Source: an uncultured Bacilli bacterium
Lineage (GTDB): Bacteria > Bacillota_I > Bacilli_A > RF39 > UBA660
DNA: 58,854 nucleotides
Assembly: GCA_944358775.1 (NCBI GenBank)
Contig: CALVRU010000005.1
Location: forward strand, 1 to 58,854
Direction of reading: 5' to 3'
Shown here: positions 39,179 to 49,158 of the stretch, one piece after another
How positions within the stretch are numbered: position 1 is the stretch's first letter
How the letters are laid out: each line of letters opens with the position of its first letter
Program-made: the position numbers and the translations under genes
Notes under the pieces: generated by a model
Database searches by the model: none
What the model was told of the DNA's origin: nothing
What the model saw: only the letters and a program-made list of their open reading frames with translations

Positions 39179-39255
39179 TGGTCGGGAAGACAGGATTTGA
39201 ACCTGCAACCACCTGGTCCCAAACCAGGTGCTCTACCAAGTTGAGCCACTTCCCG
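39179..39255 (-). tRNA. tRNA-Pro(TGG)
   Basis: CCTGG-TTTGGGA-CCAGG anticodon arm. Confidence 0.97.
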
Positions 39256-39261
39256 AAAAAA

Positions 39262-39338
39262 TGGTGCGTCCGAAGGGATTCGAACCCCTGACCTTTTGGT
39301 TCGTAGCCAAACACTCTATCCAGCTGAGCTACGGACGC
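39262..39338 (-). tRNA. tRNA-Arg(ACG)
   Basis: TTTGG-CTACGAA-CCAAA anticodon arm. Confidence 0.97.
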
Positions 39339-39439
39339 AGTTATTAGGCTATTACACTTTTGGGTCAACTTTTATTGTCTCAAAGATAGCATCGTCATAA
39401 CTAGACCGTTCACTATCAATATAATATTAAAAAAATATA

Positions 39440-39515
<76 letters not shown>

Positions 39516-39520
39516 AAATA

Positions 39521-39597
39521 TGGCGGTCTCAACGAGGCTCGAACTCGCGATCTTCTGCGTGACAGGCAGACGTGTTAACCAACTGCACCATGAGACC
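39521..39597 (-). tRNA. tRNA-Asp(GTC)
   Basis: TCTGC-CTGTCAC-GCAGA anticodon arm. Confidence 0.97.
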
Positions 39598-39602
39598 AAT
39601 TT

Positions 39603-39679
39603 TGGTTGCGGGAGGAGGATTTGAACCTCCGACCTCTGGGTTATGAGCCCAACGAGCTACCGAGCTGCTCTATCCCGCG
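39603..39679 (-). tRNA. tRNA-fMet(CAT)
   Basis: C1-A72 mismatch, three G-C pairs in the anticodon stem, CAT anticodon. Confidence 0.96.
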
Positions 39680-39697
39680 ATATAATTTAAAATTAAA

Positions 39698-39789
39698 TGG
39701 CGGAGGAAAAGGGATTCGAACCCCTGCGCCGCTTACACGACCTCTCAGTTTTCAAGACTGATCCCTTCAACCGACTTGGGTATTCCTCC
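39698..39789 (-). tRNA. tRNA-Ser(TGA)
   Basis: TCAGT-CTTGAAA-ACTGA arm and long variable arm. Confidence 0.96.
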
Positions 39790-39987
39790 ATCACGTTGAT
39801 TATTATTGCCATCTTGCGACGACATATTGATTATATCATCACCTTTTTAGCAAAGTCAACCCCATAATCGAGGTTTTTTCTAATAATCTAATTATATTAT
39901 ATGTGACTTCCGTGGAATTATCATTTTCTTTCCGATTTTCGCCATTTTTTTACAAAAAAATCCTTTTACAAGGATTCTTTTCAAAGT

Positions 39988-40076
39988 TGGTGCCTAAGGC
40001 CGGACTTGAACCGGCACGGGTTTTAACACCCGCAGGATTTTAAGTCCTGTGCGTCTACCTGTTCCGCCACTCAGGC
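39988..40076 (-). tRNA. tRNA-Leu(TAA)
   Basis: CAGGA-CTTAAAA-TCCTG arm and long variable arm. Confidence 0.96.
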
Positions 40077-40080
40077 AACA

Positions 40081-40156
40081 TGGTGTCCTGTTGGAGATTC
40101 GAACTCCAGACCCTCTGATTAAAAGTCAGATGCTCTACCGACTGAGCTAACAGAAC
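40081..40156 (-). tRNA. tRNA-Lys(TTT)
   Basis: TCTGA-CTTTTAA-TCAGA anticodon arm. Confidence 0.97.
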
Positions 40157-40163
40157 ATATAAG

Positions 40164-40238
40164 TGGCTGCCTCGGCTAGATTCGAACTAGCGCATGTCAG
40201 AGTCAAAGTCTGATGCCTTACCACTTGGCTACGAGGCA
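40164..40238 (-). tRNA. tRNA-Gln(TTG)
   Basis: TCAGA-CTTTGAC-TCTGA anticodon arm. Confidence 0.97.
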
Positions 40239-40241
40239 ACG

Positions 40242-40326
40242 TGGTGGAGAGAGATGGTTTCGAACCATCGAACCCATAGGGAGCAGATTTACAGTCTGCC
40301 GCGTTTAGCCTCTTCGCTATCTCTCC
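40242..40326 (-). tRNA. tRNA-Tyr(GTA)
   Basis: GCAGA-CTGTAAA-TCTGC arm with variable arm. Confidence 0.97.
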
Positions 40327-40332
40327 AAAAAA

Positions 40333-40408
40333 TGGTGCCGAAAACAGGAATCGAACCCGTAACCTATTGATTACAAATCAATTGCTCTACCAATTGAGCT
40401 ATTTCGGC
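40333..40408 (-). tRNA. tRNA-Thr(TGT)
   Basis: ATTGA-TTTGTAA-TCAAT anticodon arm. Confidence 0.97.
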
Positions 40409-40411
40409 ACA

Positions 40412-40488
40412 TGGTGGGCGATATAGGACTCGAACCTATGACCCCCTGCTTGTAAGGCAGGTGCTCTAACCAACTGAGCTAATCGCCC
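40412..40488 (-). tRNA. tRNA-Val(TAC)
   Basis: CCTGC-CTTACAA-GCAGG anticodon arm. Confidence 0.97.
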
Positions 40489-40514
40489 AAAATATAATTT
40501 GTGTTTGGACGATA

Positions 40515-40547
40515 TTAAATATACCATCTTCTTCCCAGGTTTGTCAA
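40515..40547 (-). promoter_or_regulatory. Sigma-A type promoter of the Val-Thr-Tyr-Gln-Lys-Leu tRNA operon
   Basis: TTGACA ... TGGTATATT on the minus strand. Confidence 0.65.
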
Positions 40548-40565
40548 TACTGAAATCCTTTTTTT

Positions 40566-40952
40566 CTAGTTTTTTCCTGGATCCTCTATACTTTTCTTTA
40601 CAATCTCTTTCTTTTTTTCTTGGATCCATTCTTCAAGATGTTCTTGTAATGGTAAAAATCCATGTTCTGTCTCTTCAATTTTCGTTCTTTTTCGTTTGCC
40701 AATTCGATAATCAATATCTTTAATGCTTAATTTTACTTGGCAGGCCTCATCGTCACTCTCCACTACCTTAACTCGAATGGTTTCTCCGACATTGACATAG
40801 TCATTAATATTTTTTACAAAACTATTCGATATTTCCGATATGTGAATCAAACCGCTATAATATTCATCCAATCCTACAAAAATACCATATTTTTCGATTC
40901 CTGTAACGCAACCTGTCACTATTTTTCCTTTTTCATATTTTGACATTTGCAT
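40566..40952 (-). CDS. S1-domain RNA-binding protein (YugI/GSP13 family)
   Basis: G.VTGIEKYGIFV...GLIHISEIS..FV...LSIK and GF.PL...L..W tail. Confidence 0.9.
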   Translation of the reverse strand: MQMSKYEKGKIVTGCVTGIEKYGIFVGLDEYYSGLIHISEISNSFVKNINDYVNVGETIRVKVVESDDEACQVKLSIKDIDYRIGKRKRTKIEETEHGFLPLQEHLEEWIQEKKKEIVKKSIEDPGKN

Positions 40953-41035
40953 ACACCTTCCGTTTTATTATAACACAGAAAATTCATTTACAAAATCATT
41001 TTCTTTCTACTCATTTTATTGTATAATATCGGCAG

Positions 41036-41278
41036 GTGATAAAAATGGAAGAAATCGAAACTAGAATTCGGGCCGTAATCGATCGATTAAAACCGTTTTT
41101 GATGAGTGATGGTGGAATGATCGAATTCGTCAAATACGAAGATGGAATCGCTTATGTTCGCATGTTGGGCGCTTGTGCGGGATGTGATTTATTAGAATTC
41201 ACCTTGAAAGATGGCGTCGAATTAGCAATTACAAGCGAAGTTCCAGAGGTAGTCGAAGTAAGAAATGTAACCGATTAA
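41036..41278 (+). CDS. NifU C-terminal (Nfu/YutI) Fe-S carrier
   Basis: PFL.SDGG, GACAGC, TLKDGVE. Confidence 0.92.
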   Translation: MIKMEEIETRIRAVIDRLKPFLMSDGGMIEFVKYEDGIAYVRMLGACAGCDLLEFTLKDGVELAITSEVPEVVEVRNVTD

Positions 41279-41281
41279 CGG

Positions 41282-42202
41282 TTACATTTTTTTATTTAGC
41301 CACTCTATTTCTGGTAGCGAATGATCTTCTTTTAAAATACGGTATATCATCATTAAAAATTGCTCGTATTCGTCTGTTCTCGTAGTAATTTCTAATATTC
41401 GTTTTTCTTCGATTTGGTGATCGATAATCTTTTCGTATTGATCAAAGAAAAAACTTGGAAATAATAATCGGCCGAATAACAGACGAGCTTCAAAGTTGGA
41501 TAATGGATTCGTTCGTAGCCACGGTTCGATCTCTTCTATTTTGTATTGATCGAACCAAAATAAACTTTTTAGATATTCACTGACATCTCTTACCGGATAA
41601 TCAAGGACAAGATTCAACGGATTATAGAAAGTAAATGTCGTATCTTTTATCGATATGCGGCGGTGACAAATCGTAATTCGATCTTCCCAACTTGGTCTTT
41701 CTTCGAGAAACGTATTTCGAATATAACTGATTGCATTTTCACCAAGTCCTATAAAATAGATTACATTTTCACGTAGTAATGGAAATTCTAGTTCCATGTG
41801 CCCCATTTGTTCTTCAAAGTAATCCAATTTATTGGACCATAGTTGGACCCAGTTGGACCGATCCAATAAAGATAGTTGTTTGGAAAGCGTAACCGGCATT
41901 TTGACAAGATTTTCGCTTGTAATAGGTCGATCGATCGGAACATTTATTTTTAATAAAACATATGGGATATTTTCGATGATCGTGATCGCTTGACGATCTT
42001 TATTTAAGATAATTTGGTGGAAATTAGAATTATATTTTATAATCTCGAAATCCAAGGCAACAATGGCATCGATTTCGTCAAAGGGACGATAATATGTCAT
42101 TAAAATATAGAGTTGATTCTCTATTTTAAAATAGTATTGTTGAGCAGAAAAATGAACTTCATCGACTGGTAGATTGTAATAGTAGTTGATGGCATTTTTC
42201 AT
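41282..42202 (-). CDS. Spore coat kinase-fold protein, YutH-like
   Basis: W..LW..KLDYFE, YFIGLGENAI.Y, HRR, RDVSEY.K, RLLFP; yut-region synteny. Confidence 0.8.
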   Translation of the reverse strand: MKNAINYYYNLPVDEVHFSAQQYYFKIENQLYILMTYYRPFDEIDAIVALDFEIIKYNSNFHQIILNKDRQAITIIENIPYVLLKINVPIDRPITSENLVKMPVTLSKQLSLLDRSNWVQLWSNKLDYFEEQMGHMELEFPLLRENVIYFIGLGENAISYIRNTFLEERPSWEDRITICHRRISIKDTTFTFYNPLNLVLDYPVRDVSEYLKSLFWFDQYKIEEIEPWLRTNPLSNFEARLLFGRLLFPSFFFDQYEKIIDHQIEEKRILEITTRTDEYEQFLMMIYRILKEDHSLPEIEWLNKKM

Positions 42203-42332
42203 TATCCCACCCCATTAACAGTTTATGAGAAACAAGGTAGGATTATACGTAGGAACAAGAGTTCTGTTGCCAGTATCTGCGTTATCTTTTAAAGCTAAAA
42301 AAAATGTAAATCATTACGATTTACATTTTTCT

Positions 42333-44024
42333 CTATCTTGTTCTTCCTTTTCCTTGTTCGTCTACTTCAGTAGAAGAATGACCTGGAAGAGTGAATCCTG
42401 CTAATGGATCATTCTCCATCGGTGTAGGTGTTACTTCTAGTGGACTAGTAGGAAGTGAAATATTATATTTTTTGAATTCGGCAAGAAGCTGTTGATAACT
42501 TGCTGTTGCCTGTTCATTTCTCAAGCGTTCTTTATCACGATCGCCAGTTGCTGCAACAACAGATTGTTGTGCTGCTTGACGTTCTTGTTTCGCCACTTCG
42601 ACATCTTGTTGACGGCTATTGATCAAACCGGCTAGTTGTTCATTTTCAGTTGTTAAAGCTTTCTTTTCTTCGTGAAGATCATGAATTCTCATTTGTAATA
42701 TCTCTTGCATTTGGCTGAGATTTTTCATTTGGGCATCCGCTGCTTTACGATATCTTTCTGCCTCTTCGCGAATTTTCGCTTCTTCCGCTTGTTTCTCGGC
42801 AATTTCTTTCTTCAAGTTATCTTCTTCTTGTTTTAAACTATCCGACTTTTGTTTTAAATCTTCATTTTCTTTCTTAATTCCAGAATTCGAAACGGTTTCT
42901 TCGTTTACTTGGCTAAGCAATTGTCTTACTTCTGCTTCTTTCTTTTGAAGTTCTCTTTGTGTTTCGTCAACTGGTTCCGAAGGATTCGTTTCCGGTTGTG
43001 AAGTTGAAACTGGTTCTGCCCCAGATGAAGAATGATTTGGAAGTGTGAAACTTTGTAGTGGATCATTCTCGACTGGTTCGTGGTCCATTACTGGTTCTTC
43101 TGGGATATCTGGGAACTCATCGTGATCTAATTCTGCATTGCTAAAAGCATTTGAAGCGACTTCTTCTTTTCTTTCTCTTAAATTTTCAAGACTTTCTTGA
43201 GCTTCAAGATTTTGTTGATCAATCTCCTCTGCTTTCGCCATTAATTTTCTCTTCTTACCAGAAGCTCTAAGGCTGGCATCGACAATATCTCGAAGATTAT
43301 CTTGGGCATTCTCATGGAAAAATTGATCGAGTCTTGCCATTTTGGCATTTTGTGACATCTCATTTTTCTCTCTTATTTTTTGATCTGCCTGTTCTAATTC
43401 TTCCTCGTCTAAATCTTTAAAGGCTTTCCGCATTTTATATTCTTCTTTATATGCTTTTTTCTTCTGTGAATTTCGCGATAATTTAGCCTTCCAGAATGCA
43501 CTCCATCTTGCAATTTTACTACTTGCTGCTTTTAATGGACGCACCAACGTTTTCCTATTATCTAATGGAACATAGCGATTCACTGGCAAATCTAACAAGC
43601 GATCGATATCAGCCCGAATTTCAATTAATTCTTCTAATTTGCGATATGCTCTATCCACTGCCACATTGGAAGTAGCTCGACTGTTTTCGACTTTCTCCAA
43701 TTTTTTGGTCGTCTTCTCAACTAATCTTTCGCTCCGTTCTTGAATATCCTCTTCATCCAAGTTTTCGTTGTTCATAATTCTTTCTTGGGCTTCTGACATT
43801 CTATCTTGAATTTTTGCAGTTCGTCTATCCCACTCTTCGTTCTTTTTATCATAGGAATCCAAAGCTTTCGTCATTTGTTTCAACGTCTTTTCGTATTCCC
43901 TCAATCTTCTTTTTAACACCTTATAACGTCTCGCCGTAAGTAAAGCTGGTCTAGACGGACTATTCAAAATAGCCTGAGTAACTGGGCCAAGATCCTTTAT
44001 TGTATATGCTGTATCAGTTGGCAT
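42333..44024 (-). CDS. Hypothetical long coiled-coil protein
   Basis: 563 aa, E/K/Q/R-rich heptads, repeated ENDPL..FTLP.HSS motif. Confidence 0.75.
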   Translation of the reverse strand: MPTDTAYTIKDLGPVTQAILNSPSRPALLTARRYKVLKRRLREYEKTLKQMTKALDSYDKKNEEWDRRTAKIQDRMSEAQERIMNNENLDEEDIQERSERLVEKTTKKLEKVENSRATSNVAVDRAYRKLEELIEIRADIDRLLDLPVNRYVPLDNRKTLVRPLKAASSKIARWSAFWKAKLSRNSQKKKAYKEEYKMRKAFKDLDEEELEQADQKIREKNEMSQNAKMARLDQFFHENAQDNLRDIVDASLRASGKKRKLMAKAEEIDQQNLEAQESLENLRERKEEVASNAFSNAELDHDEFPDIPEEPVMDHEPVENDPLQSFTLPNHSSSGAEPVSTSQPETNPSEPVDETQRELQKKEAEVRQLLSQVNEETVSNSGIKKENEDLKQKSDSLKQEEDNLKKEIAEKQAEEAKIREEAERYRKAADAQMKNLSQMQEILQMRIHDLHEEKKALTTENEQLAGLINSRQQDVEVAKQERQAAQQSVVAATGDRDKERLRNEQATASYQQLLAEFKKYNISLPTSPLEVTPTPMENDPLAGFTLPGHSSTEVDEQGKGRTR

Positions 44025-44037
44025 ATTTCATACCTCC

Positions 44038-44316
44038 TTACTGTTCTTCTTCATCTTTAGATAATTCTCTTAATACATCTTTAATACGAGTCCACTCTTC
44101 ATCCGAATCAACGCCACTTAAACTTAACTTATCATTTTCACCGCGTTGAACAGAGGCAACGTAGATAGTAACATTTCCTTTATCGTCTGTTTCGTTTTTC
44201 GTATAAACCATATATTCTTTGTGATTATCTTTAAATTCAAATACTAATAGTACTTCCACTTCATCGATGGAACCATCTGGTAATGTGATCGACATAATTT
44301 TTTTCTCGTTGTCCAT
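44038..44316 (-). CDS. DUF1292 family protein
   Basis: EVLLVFE...KEY.VYT..E.D...DEEW. Confidence 0.8.
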   Translation of the reverse strand: MDNEKKIMSITLPDGSIDEVEVLLVFEFKDNHKEYMVYTKNETDDKGNVTIYVASVQRGENDKLSLSGVDSDEEWTRIKDVLRELSKDEEEQ

Positions 44317-44380
44317 ACACTAGTCCTCCTTTTATTTTCTTATATATTAATTTTAACACAAATTCTATATATTTCAACAC

Positions 44381-44659
44381 TTATTTCATCTTTTTTAGTA
44401 AAAAGTAGGCACAATCATAGGCACAATAGTTTTTAATATACTCCTCTAAATAAGCAATATCATTCCATTTTTCTTTTTTCGAAGAGTTCGTATTGTAAAA
44501 GCCTTTTAAACGTAATTTGTTATATGCGATGTCTCCTAGAATATAGTCGTAATCGCAAAAATGCTCCGTCAATTTTGATTGGACAGTCTCTATGTCAAAT
44601 GCGTTTTTATAATCTTTTTCTACTTCGTAAGTAATTCCATTGACTTCTATTTTTTTCAT
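44381..44659 (-). CDS. YutD family protein (DUF1027)
   Basis: YDYILGD.AY.KLRLKGF...YCAYDCAYF. Confidence 0.9.
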   Translation of the reverse strand: MKKIEVNGITYEVEKDYKNAFDIETVQSKLTEHFCDYDYILGDIAYNKLRLKGFYNTNSSKKEKWNDIAYLEEYIKNYCAYDCAYFLLKKMK

Positions 44660-44660
44660 T

Positions 44661-46349
44661 TTAATACTCCTTTTGATATGCTGCTTTTTGTTCTTTGTAT
44701 TTGTTAAGATTCGATCCTGAATTCCAAGTCATATAGCCACCTGTTAAACCGGCATCATATAGTCCTTGGATTTCTTTCATAACTTCGTTACTGCCATACG
44801 TAACTTTTGGCTTTTTAATACTATCGTACGCTTGAATCCACGTTCTCGTAATAGCAGGAGTTGGAATTTCACTTTGGCGTTTCATCACATAATTCTTTCC
44901 CCAGTAATTCATGATATCGTAAGGAACCGTCCATACTGGTACTTTAAACCCGTATTCGTAAGTACCGAAATGATCGGGATATGGCATTGCACTGATAACA
45001 TCGACGACGTTACTGATTGCTGGAAAATACTGACCGTAGGCAGTGACATAAGTATGCGCGCTTTCACCAAAGACATCTGCCGATACATAGACATTCAATT
45101 TATGTAGTTCGTCGGTCGCATACATTAAAAAGCGTTGTACCGCTTGGGCTTTTTCTTCATGATACATATTTCGAAAATCCATCCAGCCATTTTTTTCAAT
45201 GGTTATGGTCCGATCAGGAAAACGAACGTAATCGAATTGAATTTCATTGAATCCAATATCCGTGACGGTTTCTTTGGCCAAATCGACATTAAATTTCCAA
45301 ACGTCTCTTGAATAGGCCGATGGCCAATAACTGTTCGCAAGATAATACGGTTGGTTACTTCGCGTATCTAAGATGGCATCTTCCGGATGATCTTGAGCAT
45401 AATAGCTATCTTTAAAAGTCGTAATCCGACCGATTACATAGAAACCAGCATCCTTTAGTTTTTGTACCGCATTTTTGTATTCTTCTTTACTTTGAAAAGC
45501 ATGACTGTAGTTCGTCGGCGATACTTCTTTCATCACTTCGGATTGAAAACACGGAGCTCCTTCATCTTTGATATCGACAACAAAAGCATTGATGTTCGTC
45601 TCTTTGGCAAATGCAATATATTCATCGACATTGGCCATGACGCTTTTACTCCCATTTAAATATAGCGCTCTTACTTCGTCCGGCATGACGTTGTTTGCGA
45701 ATTTGGGTTTCGTAACGGGATAATAGTCTAAATTAGAAGCACTTCCACCGCCATAAACATTACCGCGGTTGGCATGAATCTGATATGTATTTTCTTCGTC
45801 ATAGTTTTTTATAGCATCGGATTCTGTCATAACCGTATATTTGCTTGCAAAATAACCGGTTTGTCCATCTATGTTCGTCTCGTAGTAATCTACTGTTCCA
45901 TCTTCTTGCAACAAATGATATCCTGTTACAGGGATCTTGGTTCCTTTTTCCACTAGCGTTAAAATCGATCCATCTAAATTTTTATCCATTAAATGATTGG
46001 CTGTCCGAACATAGACTTCTTTTTCTAGCACAGTATCTTCGATACGGGATGCTAGATTGCTTTCTTTGATATACACAGTTTTATCATCAATCATTGCTCG
46101 ATAACAGGGTTCATCGTCTTTTTGAATTGGATCTTTTTTATCGTATGCCACTTTTCGACCACGTACTAATGTTTGTTGTTCATTGCCATTTTCATCATAA
46201 ACACTAACTTGTGGGGTGTCAGCCTTTAGATAACCAACTTCTGTACGGGGAAAAGATTGCCCAACAAAATAGCAGCAAAACCCAAGTAAAAAGCCACTTC
46301 CTAACAATAGAAAAACATTTTTCCATTTTACTTTTCGCATATCCTTCAC
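44661..46349 (-). CDS. Putative glycoside hydrolase (DUF4015-like) with N-terminal SH3-like repeats
   Basis: NAFVVDIKD, IGRI.TFKD, GFNEIQFDYVRFP, SADVFG, MPYPDH, WIQAY, WN. Confidence 0.82.
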   Translation of the reverse strand: MKDMRKVKWKNVFLLLGSGFLLGFCCYFVGQSFPRTEVGYLKADTPQVSVYDENGNEQQTLVRGRKVAYDKKDPIQKDDEPCYRAMIDDKTVYIKESNLASRIEDTVLEKEVYVRTANHLMDKNLDGSILTLVEKGTKIPVTGYHLLQEDGTVDYYETNIDGQTGYFASKYTVMTESDAIKNYDEENTYQIHANRGNVYGGGSASNLDYYPVTKPKFANNVMPDEVRALYLNGSKSVMANVDEYIAFAKETNINAFVVDIKDEGAPCFQSEVMKEVSPTNYSHAFQSKEEYKNAVQKLKDAGFYVIGRITTFKDSYYAQDHPEDAILDTRSNQPYYLANSYWPSAYSRDVWKFNVDLAKETVTDIGFNEIQFDYVRFPDRTITIEKNGWMDFRNMYHEEKAQAVQRFLMYATDELHKLNVYVSADVFGESAHTYVTAYGQYFPAISNVVDVISAMPYPDHFGTYEYGFKVPVWTVPYDIMNYWGKNYVMKRQSEIPTPAITRTWIQAYDSIKKPKVTYGSNEVMKEIQGLYDAGLTGGYMTWNSGSNLNKYKEQKAAYQKEY

Positions 46350-46398
46350 CTACTATTTTAGTATACCATAAAATAGCAAGAATATAAAAAGAGTATTT

Positions 46399-47160
46399 CT
46401 ACTCTTGAATCGGTAAAGATAGCAAATTCGAATTTGTTCCAAAACCATTTTGATAATAAGTTGGTACTTTTCCTTGAATCATTTTAATCGCGATTGGAAT
46501 TTCAACGGTGATTGGCACTTCTTGGATCGCTAACGGCAATAAAACTTGCACCTTTACTTCTACTTTCATAAATGTTTGCACCATTACATTATTAATTCCA
46601 TAATGATTCATTTCACTATATAAATTACTATTAACACTGCCGACAAAGTGAATAGCAATCGGAATGGATGGCCCAAGATTTGATAACAGTGCATTTTGAG
46701 TAACTAAGCCAATTGGCAATTCACCGATGATTCCCTTTTTTACTTTTTCTAAAAAAACATCGTCCAAAGTGATTCCTGAATTTTTTAAAGTTTCCACATC
46801 TTTATTCTCTAAGGCTTTTAAGATTTCTTGAAGTGATTGATTCGTCATCGATAACACCTTGTTTACCGTAACCGGATTATAATCGATTGTCTGAATTTCT
46901 CCGGATGTATTTTTCGTCGTTAAAAACAGCTGATCGGTATCCAATTGATTGGTAATTTTAGTATCGATTGTCTGATTGATTATTTCCATCGTGATTTTTT
47001 CCGCTTCTAATTCTGCATAACTCATCAACACGGGCCATATTTTACTACTTAATAGGTAGAGAAAAGCGATCGTTAGGAGAAATACAAAAAACAGCGCCGA
47101 TAGAAAAACCGTACGCTTTGATTTTTTGCGATGATGTTTTAAATGAATTCGTGCCTTCAC
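46399..47160 (-). CDS. yunB: Sporulation protein YunB
   Basis: P.G....N.LLSNLGP.IP, YGINN, IQG.VP.YY. Confidence 0.88.
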   Translation of the reverse strand: MKARIHLKHHRKKSKRTVFLSALFFVFLLTIAFLYLLSSKIWPVLMSYAELEAEKITMEIINQTIDTKITNQLDTDQLFLTTKNTSGEIQTIDYNPVTVNKVLSMTNQSLQEILKALENKDVETLKNSGITLDDVFLEKVKKGIIGELPIGLVTQNALLSNLGPSIPIAIHFVGSVNSNLYSEMNHYGINNVMVQTFMKVEVKVQVLLPLAIQEVPITVEIPIAIKMIQGKVPTYYQNGFGTNSNLLSLPIQE

Positions 47161-47190
47161 TTTTCATCCCTCTTGTTTCAGTATATGAAT

Positions 47191-47577
47191 TTAAGGATGT
47201 AAAAATTCAACTCCCGGAAGATTGCGAATGACACCAAATAAAATCGTAATGATTAATAATGTAAAAACAACTCGATTGGGTACTTTCCATAGTGGTTGTT
47301 TTTTTATATATCGATAAGAATTTATCAAAAAATAGATCAGCAACAATGGTCCAAATAGATAAATTAAAGCATTTTGTTGAAAGGCCATTTTAAAATCAAA
47401 CTGTAAAATGGATTGGATCGCTCTTGTCATTCCACAACCTGGACAATAAAGATTGGTCGACAGATGAAACAAACATGGAACTCCTAAAGTTGTCTTTTGC
47501 AAAAAAAGAAAGATTCCTAATATCATTATTAGGAATACCGTCCATAACAAAATAATAGAGACGACACGTTTTCTCAT
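47191..47577 (-). CDS. DUF2752 membrane protein
   Basis: PCLFH..T.LYCPGCGMTRA. Confidence 0.88.
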   Translation of the reverse strand: MRKRVVSIILLWTVFLIMILGIFLFLQKTTLGVPCLFHLSTNLYCPGCGMTRAIQSILQFDFKMAFQQNALIYLFGPLLLIYFLINSYRYIKKQPLWKVPNRVVFTLLIITILFGVIRNLPGVEFLHP

Positions 47578-47579
47578 AC

Positions 47580-47927
47580 TTATTTATCGCTTTCAATTAA
47601 GCGGTTGAGATCTCCTTGCAAAATACAATAAGATACAATATCAAGTCGAAAAATCGATAAAATAAGACAAACTACGGCATTATCACTTGCATAAATTCCA
47701 CGTTCTTGCATCTCTTGATAAATGCTTTTAGCCATTTTATAGTTCCAATAGATTCCATAAATACCACAAGTGACAATCGTTAAGAGTAAGGCCGTTCCAC
47801 CTGTAATACTATGATCTTCGGTTTGATAAGCCGTATCATCGGTAATCGTGACCATCCAGTAAAGCCCATATAGACCACATGTGATGATCGTCAATAATAA
47901 ATTGGTAACAATATTTCTCGTTTGCAT
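47580..47927 (-). CDS. DUF4234 membrane protein
   Basis: Duplicated LLTI.TCG.YG.YW motif. Confidence 0.85.
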   Translation of the reverse strand: MQTRNIVTNLLLTIITCGLYGLYWMVTITDDTAYQTEDHSITGGTALLLTIVTCGIYGIYWNYKMAKSIYQEMQERGIYASDNAVVCLILSIFRLDIVSYCILQGDLNRLIESDK

Positions 47928-47939
47928 AAATCCTCCCTA

Positions 47940-48806
47940 TTATAATTTATTCATGAGATAAAAAACTAAAATTGCAATTCCGACCACTAGAATGATCGCA
48001 ATTAAGATTTTGAAAAAGACGATAACAGAACCATTTTTTTCTTTTTCGACAAACTCGTCATCCATCTCGAAATCTTTATCACTGAGATCCATCGATTTCG
48101 TGTAAAATGAACGGTCAATTTCGTCTTCTTTTGGTTGTTCAAGAGACATCGTCTTGGTTTTTTCTTGTTCGCGGGCCAAAATTTCTTTACTAATCGATTC
48201 GGTGATAATTGTTTCGTTTTGATCTTTTGGCAACAAATCACTTAATAGTTCATTATTATCATCCGACGATTGCAATTTGTCAATGTCTTTGCGCATAGAT
48301 TTCGAAGTAATCGTATTAATTAGTTCCTGTAAAGAGTCTGTTTCCTCTTCCAACTCTTGTTTCTTTCCCATGATTTTTTGTTTATATTCTTCTACTTCGT
48401 TTGGTTTTAAATTTGCTAAAATATTGTACTCGGTATTACGAAGGCGTCGTTTTTTTTCTAATTCGTCAATTTCTTCGCGATTTTTTTTTGCTTCTAATAA
48501 AATGCTATTAATATCGTATACTTTATTTTCATCTTCTTGAAAAAAAACAGATAAATCATCTTTCTTTTTTTGGGGTTCGCGAACAATTAAGTCTTCAAAC
48601 TCTTTTAATTTGTGATAATTCTCACGAGTCTGTTTCTTCATTTCTAGCTGCGATAAATCGATTACTGGTCGTTCATCTAATTCCTTAACTTCCGTAAAAC
48701 GTGTTTTGTTATAAAAATCTTGATAGAGATTTTGGTTTTTCTCACGACGTGATGTCACCCGTGGTTTCTCTTTGGTATCTTGATAGCGATCCATACGACT
48801 CGTCAT
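47940..48806 (-). CDS. Hypothetical protein with C-terminal TM anchor
   Basis: Charged ORF starting MTSRMDRY after AGAGGTG; hydrophobic C-terminus. Confidence 0.75.
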   Translation of the reverse strand: MTSRMDRYQDTKEKPRVTSRREKNQNLYQDFYNKTRFTEVKELDERPVIDLSQLEMKKQTRENYHKLKEFEDLIVREPQKKKDDLSVFFQEDENKVYDINSILLEAKKNREEIDELEKKRRLRNTEYNILANLKPNEVEEYKQKIMGKKQELEEETDSLQELINTITSKSMRKDIDKLQSSDDNNELLSDLLPKDQNETIITESISKEILAREQEKTKTMSLEQPKEDEIDRSFYTKSMDLSDKDFEMDDEFVEKEKNGSVIVFFKILIAIILVVGIAILVFYLMNKL

Positions 48807-48926
48807 GTTATCACCTCTTATTATCATTAACATCATATCATATAATGTCAAAAAACAAAATATGAAAGTAAAAAAAGATTGTTATTTTGAAGTGTTTTTT
48901 ATATAATGATATTAGGAGTTGAGAAA

Positions 48927-49133
48927 ATGAAAGTTAAAGTAAATAGTAATTGTATCGGCTGTGGTGCCTGCCAATCGATTTGTGAGGAAGTATTCGAAAT
49001 TGGAGACGATGGATTTGCTCATGTAAAAGAGGAAATGCAAGGAGATATCCCTGAAAACTTGCAAGATGATGTTCAAGATGCTCTTGAAAGTTGTCCTGTA
49101 AGCGCAATCGAAACACAAGAAGATGGTGAATAA
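48927..49133 (+). CDS. Monocluster ferredoxin
   Basis: CIGCGAC...CPVSAI; AGGAG RBS. Confidence 0.92.
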   Translation: MKVKVNSNCIGCGACQSICEEVFEIGDDGFAHVKEEMQGDIPENLQDDVQDALESCPVSAIETQEDGE

Positions 49134-49158
49134 CTTTTTCGAAAAACACTTGTACTTG

